From Chloroflexota bacterium (GTDB lineage: Bacteria; Chloroflexota; UBA11872; VXOZ01), in assembly GCA_958295775.1 (NCBI GenBank), contig CATQHC010000007.1, positions 1,061-65,060 of the forward strand: 64,000 nucleotides of DNA, in the 5' to 3' direction. The first letter of the stretch is position 1, and every line of letters begins with the position of its first letter. Of this stretch, positions 57,945-64,000 are shown piece after piece. The position numbers and the translations under genes are program-made. The notes below the pieces were generated by a model, which saw only the letters and a list, made by a program, of their open reading frames with translations, was not told the DNA's origin and did not search any database.

Positions 57945-59132
57945 CTAACGCAGTTCTAGGATTTCTTCGATTGCCTTCGTGTCGTTGGGAGCCGAGACCA
58001 CATCTCTTGCCACGTCCAGGGCGATTTGGGGGTCTTTGAGGCCGTGGCCGGTGAGGACGCAGACGATGCGGTCGGTGGGCTTGACCTCGCCGGCGGCGGC
58101 CATTTTGAGGACGCCGGCTACTGAGGCCGCTGACGCCGGTTCGGCAAAGACGCCTTCACGCTCCGCCAGCAGTTTGTAAGCGTCCAGAATCTCGGGATCG
58201 CTCACCGTATCGATCAGGCCGCCGGAATCGTCGCGGGCGCGGACGGCGCGCTGCCAGTTGGCCGGATTGCCGATGCGCAACGCCGACGCGACAGTATCGG
58301 GGTTGGCAATAGGGCGGTTTTCCACGATGGCGGCCGCGCCTTCCGCCTCAAAGCCCCACATGCGCGGCAGGCGAGTCGTGCGCCCGGCTCGGTGATACTC
58401 CCGGTAGCCCAGCCAGTAGCTGGTGATGTTGCCGGCGTTTCCGACCGGGATTGCGAGAATGTCCGGCGCGTTGCCCAGCACGTCGCTGCACTCGAACGCC
58501 GCCGTCTTCTGCCCTTGTAGCCGGTAGGGATTGATGGAGTTGACCACCGTGATGGGATTGCGGGCCGTAATCTCCCGCACGATGCGCAACGCGTCGTCAA
58601 ACGTCCCGTCAAGGCTGATGACCACCGCGCCGTAGATCAACGCCTGGGCCAGCTTGCCCAGGGCGATCTGCCCCTGCGAAACCACGACCACCGCCTTGAT
58701 CTGCGCGGCGGCGGCATAGGCCGCCGCGGCTGCGCTCGTATTGCCGGTGGAGGCGCACATAATCGCCTGCGCGCCCTCTTCCAGCGCCTTGGCCACGGCC
58801 ATGACCATGCCGCGGTCTTTGAAGGAACCGGTGGGATTGCAGCCTTCCAACTTGAGCCACAGCTCGGCGCACCCCACGCGTTCTTCCAGAGCGTGCGCGC
58901 GCACGAGCGGCGTGAAGCCCTCGCCGCGGCTGATGAGCGGAGTGCGCTCCGTTACCGGCAGGAATTCGCGGTAGTGCGCCAGCAAGTTGCGGCCGGCGGG
59001 CCCACGCCCGGCGGGCATCGTCATACTCGCCGTTTCCGCCGGTGAAACACTTGCGGAAGCAGCCTGCGGGGCTTTGCTTGACGCAGGCGTACGTGCACCA
59101 ATGTTGCTGCGTGCGTTCACGATTGCGCTCAC
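57945..59132 (-). CDS. thrC: Threonine synthase (start may be the ATG at 59024)
   Basis: [13 protein letters not shown] lysine, [35 protein letters not shown]. Confidence 0.95.
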   Translation of the reverse strand: MSAIVNARSNIGARTPASSKAPQAASASVSPAETASMTMPAGRGPAGRNLLAHYREFLPVTERTPLISRGEGFTPLVRAHALEERVGCAELWLKLEGCNPTGSFKDRGMVMAVAKALEEGAQAIMCASTGNTSAAAAAYAAAAQIKAVVVVSQGQIALGKLAQALIYGAVVISLDGTFDDALRIVREITARNPITVVNSINPYRLQGQKTAAFECSDVLGNAPDILAIPVGNAGNITSYWLGYREYHRAGRTTRLPRMWGFEAEGAAAIVENRPIANPDTVASALRIGNPANWQRAVRARDDSGGLIDTVSDPEILDAYKLLAEREGVFAEPASAASVAGVLKMAAAGEVKPTDRIVCVLTGHGLKDPQIALDVARDVVSAPNDTKAIEEILELR

Positions 59133-59144
59133 GCGCCCTTTCGA

Positions 59145-60482
59145 CTACACACGGACGGGCTCACCCAAATCCACAATGCGGAGAAATCCCGCCACCCGTG
59201 CCACCACGTCCAGCGCGGCGATATCCTGCAGCGCGGCCTGCATGGCCCGTTCGTAGGCGTCATGGGTGGTGATAACGATTTCAGCGGTCTGCTCCTCCGG
59301 ATCTGCTTCTTTTTGAATCACGGACGCAATACTGATGCGATGCGTCCCGCAGATGGAAGCAATCTTCGCCAGAACGCCCGGCCGGTCGGCCACCCACAGC
59401 CGGAAGTAGAAGCGGGTTTCGACCTCATCCATGGGCTTCATGGTCTTCGCAGAGTCGATGGTGTAGGGAATGCGGTTGGTTACCTGGCTGATGATATTGT
59501 GGGCCACGTCGATCACATCCGCCACGATTGCGCTGGCGGTGGGTTCCGAGCCCGCGCCCCGACCGTAGAACATCACGTTTCCCACCAGGTCGCCCACTAC
59601 GTACACTGCATTATACACCCCGTCCACGCTGGCAAGCGGCGCGGTCTGCGGCACCAGCGCGGGGTAGACCGACGCTTCATAGCGCGCGCTCTGCTGCGGC
59701 GCAGCGTTTTCCTGGCGCGCGAGGGCCAGCAGTTTGATCACATAGCCCAGGTCCTGCGCGTAGCGAAAGTCGGCAGGCTCAAGCTGCATGATGCCGGTAC
59801 GCGGTATGTCCGCGGGATCGACCTCTGTGCGAAAGGCCAGGGAGGTCAGGATTGCCAGCTTGTACGCCGCGTCAATGCCCTCGACGTCTTTCGTCGGGTC
59901 CGCCTCGGCAAAGCCCAGGCGCTGCGCGTCGGGCAACACCTCTGTCAGCGCCGCGCCCTCCCGCGACATGCGGGTCAAGATGTAGTTGGTCGTGCCGTTG
60001 ATAATTGCGTAGATTTCACGGATCTCATTCGCCACCAGGTCCGAGCGAAACGAGCCGATCAAGGGTATGCCGCCGCCGACACTCGCCTCGAAGTACACAT
60101 CGACGCTTTTCTCGTTGGCCAGGCGGAGTAATTCCGGGCCGTGGACTGCCATTACGTCCTTATTGCCCGTAACGAGATGCTTGCCCGCCAGAATTGCGCG
60201 CTTAGCATACGCATATGCCGGTTCAACGCCGCCAATCAGCTCGATCACTATGCTAATCGTCGGGTCATCGAGAATCTCATCGGGATCGTTTGTCAGCAGC
60301 GCAGCGTCTACGCTGATGTCCCGCACTTTCGCCTTCTCGCGCACCAGAATCTTCTTCACGCGCAGATTGCGGTCCGTTTCCAACGCGAGCACACGGGCCT
60401 TTTCGTGAATTATGCGCAGCACGCCGCTGCCGACTACGCCCAGACCCATCAGACCGATATTGATTGTCTTGTCGTTGTTCAC
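59145..60482 (-). CDS. hom: Homoserine dehydrogenase with C-terminal ACT domain
   Basis: GLGVVG, FEASVGGGIP, NGTTNYIL, AEADP, DAAYK, YGRGAG, DRPGVLA. Confidence 0.97.
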   Translation of the reverse strand: MNNDKTINIGLMGLGVVGSGVLRIIHEKARVLALETDRNLRVKKILVREKAKVRDISVDAALLTNDPDEILDDPTISIVIELIGGVEPAYAYAKRAILAGKHLVTGNKDVMAVHGPELLRLANEKSVDVYFEASVGGGIPLIGSFRSDLVANEIREIYAIINGTTNYILTRMSREGAALTEVLPDAQRLGFAEADPTKDVEGIDAAYKLAILTSLAFRTEVDPADIPRTGIMQLEPADFRYAQDLGYVIKLLALARQENAAPQQSARYEASVYPALVPQTAPLASVDGVYNAVYVVGDLVGNVMFYGRGAGSEPTASAIVADVIDVAHNIISQVTNRIPYTIDSAKTMKPMDEVETRFYFRLWVADRPGVLAKIASICGTHRISIASVIQKEADPEEQTAEIVITTHDAYERAMQAALQDIAALDVVARVAGFLRIVDLGEPVRV

Positions 60483-60597
60483 CTTGCGCCGTGCTCCCTT
60501 GGCGTTGGTTTTCCATTGGTTACGGTTACTTGTGATTCAGTCCCTTTCACCCAGCACATTTCCCTATTTACCAAATTGACGCGACCCATACGTATTT

Positions 60598-61134
60598 CTA
60601 GGTCTGACCCAGCCGGTAGACGAAGAACAGCGCGACGTCTTGGGTAGGGTAGTAGCGGTCATTATAGCCGCTGTACACGAAACCATTGTTCTGCAGGAAC
60701 TGTATCGCGGGATAGTTGCGGGACTGCACGTCCATGCACAGCCCCTGCAGCCGATTGTGCTTTGCCCAGTTGAGACTCGTGCGCAGCAAGGCGGAACCCA
60801 CGCCGCGCCGCCGCAAATCGGGACGGACCACAATGCTCTGCACCAAACCGGTGCGAAGCCGACGCGGGGACACCATGTCCAAGTAGCCGATGATTACGCC
60901 GCCTTCGTCTGCGACCAAGAAGAGGTCGCCGTTCCGCCAATCGGCGTGCAGATCATCCGGGTCTAACGGCGGCTGCAAGGTCAGGACACGCGGCAAGCGG
61001 CGCACCTGAAAGCCGGCAAGCTGCCGCTTGCCTTCCCAGCGCGTATCCATTGCCCAAACGGTCTGTGTTTGAAAGGAAGAATCGAGCCGAATACAAGCGT
61101 CGATATCTCTGCGTTCGGCGCGGCGTACACGCAT
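60598..61134 (-). CDS. GNAT acetyltransferase
   Basis: VVRPDLRRRGVGSALL, NYPAIQFLQNNGF. Confidence 0.88.
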   Translation of the reverse strand: MRVRRAERRDIDACIRLDSSFQTQTVWAMDTRWEGKRQLAGFQVRRLPRVLTLQPPLDPDDLHADWRNGDLFLVADEGGVIIGYLDMVSPRRLRTGLVQSIVVRPDLRRRGVGSALLRTSLNWAKHNRLQGLCMDVQSRNYPAIQFLQNNGFVYSGYNDRYYPTQDVALFFVYRLGQT

Positions 61135-61142
61135 GCGAGGGC

Positions 61143-62273
61143 CTAAGTGGTTAGCTTTACGTAGAGGTAGCTCAGCACAATTCGCAGAAGAGCGGCCGTA
61201 GGAATCGCAAGCAGCATACCGGAAATACCAAAGAGTGCGCCACCCGACAGGATCGCAAAGAGCGTCAACACCGGATTGAGCTGCACGTAACGACCGACGA
61301 CGTTCGGGATGATGAGATAGTCTTCAATATGGCGCAGAACGGTGTACATGAGGGCCACGACAATCGCGTTCACTACCGGCGACCAACCGAACGGGCTGGG
61401 ATAGACCAGTGCGAGCAACACGGCCGGCGTTGCCGCCATGAACGGGCCGATAAAGGGAATCAACTCCAGCACTCCCGCAACGGGAGCCAGCACCAACGCG
61501 TAGGGCACGCCCAGCAGCTTCAAACCGATGTAGGTTGCGACTGACATGATCAGCACCAGCATCAACTCGCCGCGAATGAACCGGCCGAGCATGCGGTCCA
61601 CTTGACCGCCCAGCGCCGCCAACTCGTTCCGGTACGGGGCCGGCACAATACGCCGCGCCCACACGCCAAAACGTTTTGACTCCAGCAGCAAATAGAACGT
61701 AGTGAAGAGGCAGAGCAGGAACTTAAGCAAGAGTTCAACCACGTGCAACGCGATTTCCAACGCCGCATCAACCATCTGGGAAGTAACAGAGTCCAGTGCG
61801 CCCGCCAGCAGTTCGCCGGAAGTCCCAATCACTGCCTCCAGTCCGAAGAGGTCTACCTGCGCGAATTCTCCAACCGTGCTTTCCAGGTTGCTTACTATGC
61901 TGGGGAGACTCTGGCGGAGACCTTCGAGTTCACGACTCAGCGGCGGATAGCCGAACGTGAAGAGCAGCACCATGCCGCCAACGAAGAAACCCATGAGAAT
62001 GAGTGTCACCCAGAATCGATGCAGGCGCGAGTGTTTGCACAACCAGGTTACAAGCGGCGCCAAGAGATATGCCAACACCGCTGCCCAAATGAACGGCCAG
62101 ATGATGGCGCGCACACCATATACGAATATGACCGCAACCGCGAGGAGCAACAACACAACCATAACCTTGGTACGCTGAGAAAAGCGCACTCCCTGAGGTT
62201 GGGGGGCGTTGGGACCTTGCGGCTCCTCCACAGGAGAATTCTCGATTTCGGGGGGAGTAGTAATGCTGCTCAT
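61143..62273 (-). CDS. AI-2E family transporter
   Basis: PFIWAAVLAYLLAP, FIRGEL, ELIPFIGP, LNPVLTL, GMLLAIP. Confidence 0.92.
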   Translation of the reverse strand: MSSITTPPEIENSPVEEPQGPNAPQPQGVRFSQRTKVMVVLLLLAVAVIFVYGVRAIIWPFIWAAVLAYLLAPLVTWLCKHSRLHRFWVTLILMGFFVGGMVLLFTFGYPPLSRELEGLRQSLPSIVSNLESTVGEFAQVDLFGLEAVIGTSGELLAGALDSVTSQMVDAALEIALHVVELLLKFLLCLFTTFYLLLESKRFGVWARRIVPAPYRNELAALGGQVDRMLGRFIRGELMLVLIMSVATYIGLKLLGVPYALVLAPVAGVLELIPFIGPFMAATPAVLLALVYPSPFGWSPVVNAIVVALMYTVLRHIEDYLIIPNVVGRYVQLNPVLTLFAILSGGALFGISGMLLAIPTAALLRIVLSYLYVKLTT

Positions 62274-62410
62274 TGCTCGTCTTCACCGTTAACGGTCGGG
62301 CGTGGGTGAACACTTTAACTATGACACAGCTAGCGCGGAAACGCATCCTGCACTGAAATCAAATTGCGCGCACATGTCAGCATTCACGCCAATTATGTGC
62401 CTCCTAACGG

Positions 62411-62439
62411 TTGACGAATGCTTAATTTTAGCTTAGAAT
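62411..62439 (+). promoter_or_regulatory. Sigma70-type promoter
   Basis: TTGACG-17 bp-TAGAAT upstream of the gene at 62495. Confidence 0.65.
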
Positions 62440-62494
62440 TAAGGGAGAATTCGTCGCGAGAGTTTCTACCAGTTGCAGGGTAAGGAGGCAGCAT

Positions 62495-62902
62495 ATGGCG
62501 AGCAGTACCGATGTGGATTCTGTCCTTGGAGTTTATACCTCCTATCTTGCACACCAAAGGCGGCTTTCAAGGACGGAGACAGGGAAGAGGATCACGTGGC
62601 TCAAGGAATTTGGCCACTACATGTGCACAAGAAAGACAATCTACGAAATATCGGTACGAGACGTCGTGACCTATTTTGCGGAGTGGGCTGAGAGATTTGA
62701 AGATCCGGCCGAATGGTATGACCGCTATAAGGTACTGGAACGCTTTTTTGATGATCTCGTTGACATGCAGGTTCTTGAATCAAACCAAATCAAAGGCATT
62801 TACGACGATACGGATATCGAGCCCGAACTCACCGACGACGACGAACCGTCTGAATCTCTCGCGCCGGTGAATTGGATGAGGCAGGACCACCCTCTTTACT
62901 AA
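62495..62902 (+). CDS. Stand-alone tyrosine-recombinase N-terminal (SAM-like core-binding) domain protein with acidic tail
   Basis: RBS AAGGAGG. SYLAHQRRLS...LKEFGHY...IYEISVRDVVTYF...LERFFDDLV...ESN pattern. Has its own promoter and terminator. Confidence 0.6.
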   Translation: MASSTDVDSVLGVYTSYLAHQRRLSRTETGKRITWLKEFGHYMCTRKTIYEISVRDVVTYFAEWAERFEDPAEWYDRYKVLERFFDDLVDMQVLESNQIKGIYDDTDIEPELTDDDEPSESLAPVNWMRQDHPLY

Positions 62903-62946
62903 CCGATCACTGCAATAGTCCTCAGCAAACAAGCACAACGACAACC

Positions 62947-62986
62947 AACCGAGACCGGGATGCTTTTCCCGGTCTCGGTTTTGTTT
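62947..62986 (+). terminator. Intrinsic terminator
   Basis: AACCGAGACCGGGA-TGCTTT-TCCCGGTCTCGGTT-TTGTTT. Confidence 0.8.
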
Positions 62987-63247
62987 GGCGGTCGGACGCA
63001 CGCAAATTGCCCTTGCCGTGTCATTCATGTGCTACGCGACTTCCCGCAATCGCCTCAGTCTCCCTTCCCCGCTAGCTTGAAAACACACCACGGCTGCCGC
63101 CCGGGCGCCAAGGGCAGGACTATAGAATTAGCCACAAACGCCGGTGCGAAAACGCTTGTGTGAGATTGTAAATCGTGGTATAGTAGGCTTCCATTATTAG
63201 GAATAATTCTCAAAATAGTTGAGCTTTAGAGGTGTTGAGGGTCGGAC

Positions 63248-64000
63248 ATGGCAACTGCGCAAAAAGCAGACTCCCTAAGCACAAGTTGGCGGCTCGCGCG
63301 CCTCACTAAAGGTCATCGCGGCCGGATTGCCCTGGCCGCCCTCTTCGGCCTGGGCGCAGTGACAACCGGTGTGGCGCGTCTGTCCCTCTCGGGCACCGCC
63401 GTAGCCATGGTTTTCGAGAAGAAGCCTTTCACCGAAATCATCGTGATATTGATCGGTGTGCTCGCGCTGCCCATGCTCCGCATCGCCTTTACGATGGCGC
63501 AGCAATTCATGGCCCACGAGACGGCGGCCAAGATGAAAGTCAAGCTGCGCACCGCCCTCTACAAGCACTTATTGCGCCTCGGCCCGGGCTTTACGCAGAA
63601 ACAGCGCACCGGCGAAGTGGTTGTAAAGGCCGTGGATTCCGTTGAGCAATTGGAGACGTTCTTCGGCCGCTACTTGCCCCAGCTTGCGGTGGCCGGTATT
63701 GCGCCCGTCGGCATTCTCACGTTCATGGCAATCCTGGACTGGCATTCGGCTCTGATCTTCTTGCTCTTTTCCACGCTAACGATCCTGGCGCCGATGTTCT
63801 TTCGCCGGGCTACCTACCGCGCCAGCCGCGGCCGCTGGCAAGCAAACCGGGAGCTAAGCGCAGATTTCATCGACGCCATTCAGGGGCTCGCGACGCTGAA
63901 GATCTTCGGACGCAGCACGGAATGGGGACGCATGCTTGCCGACCGTGCAGGTGCGCTCTCCCGTTCCACCATGAAGGTGCTGGGCATCAACATCGCCTCC
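63248..64000 (+). CDS. ABC exporter TM domain, CydD/CydC-like (3'-truncated by window edge)
   Basis: Not in the ORF track. MATAQK...LRTALYKHLLRLGP...RTGE...VEQLETFFGRYLPQ...DAIQGLATLKIFGR. Confidence 0.85.
   Translation, partial: MATAQKADSLSTSWRLARLTKGHRGRIALAALFGLGAVTTGVARLSLSGTAVAMVFEKKPFTEIIVILIGVLALPMLRIAFTMAQQFMAHETAAKMKVKLRTALYKHLLRLGPGFTQKQRTGEVVVKAVDSVEQLETFFGRYLPQLAVAGIAPVGILTFMAILDWHSALIFLLFSTLTILAPMFFRRATYRASRGRWQANRELSADFIDAIQGLATLKIFGRSTEWGRMLADRAGALSRSTMKVLGINIAS

Noticed and set aside
62495-62902. Prophage or integrative-element boundary
   Set aside because: No catalytic integrase domain, att repeat, adjacent tRNA or phage genes in the window.

Overview
64-kb GC-rich bacterial chromosomal window, mostly housekeeping genes. 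Gene content and style suggest Chloroflexota (inference only). It carries aroC-aroK-aroB, tRNA-Gln, glmU, recO-glyQS, ileS, miaB, argS, tRNA-Glu, valS, nagA/ROK, rel, recJ and hom-thrC. Scattered sugar or sugar-acid catabolic genes, hydrolases and transporters sit between them. No intact transposase, integrase, prophage or CRISPR array was seen, but the intergenic spaces hold many short palindromic REP/MITE-like repeats. The top find is a gene the ORF track truncates (13972..14436, minus strand). It encodes a dual-specificity-phosphatase-fold protein whose catalytic Cys codon is an in-frame TGA followed by a bacterial SECIS-like hairpin, so it is a candidate selenoprotein; it also lacks the P-loop Arg. 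Other oddities: a type-2 IleRS with the swapped GXHH motif, a GlmU with an eroded uridyltransferase domain, a Rel with a tandemly duplicated zinc-finger domain, REP elements inserted in frame in a membrane ferredoxin-like protein, and a stand-alone integrase core-binding-like gene.
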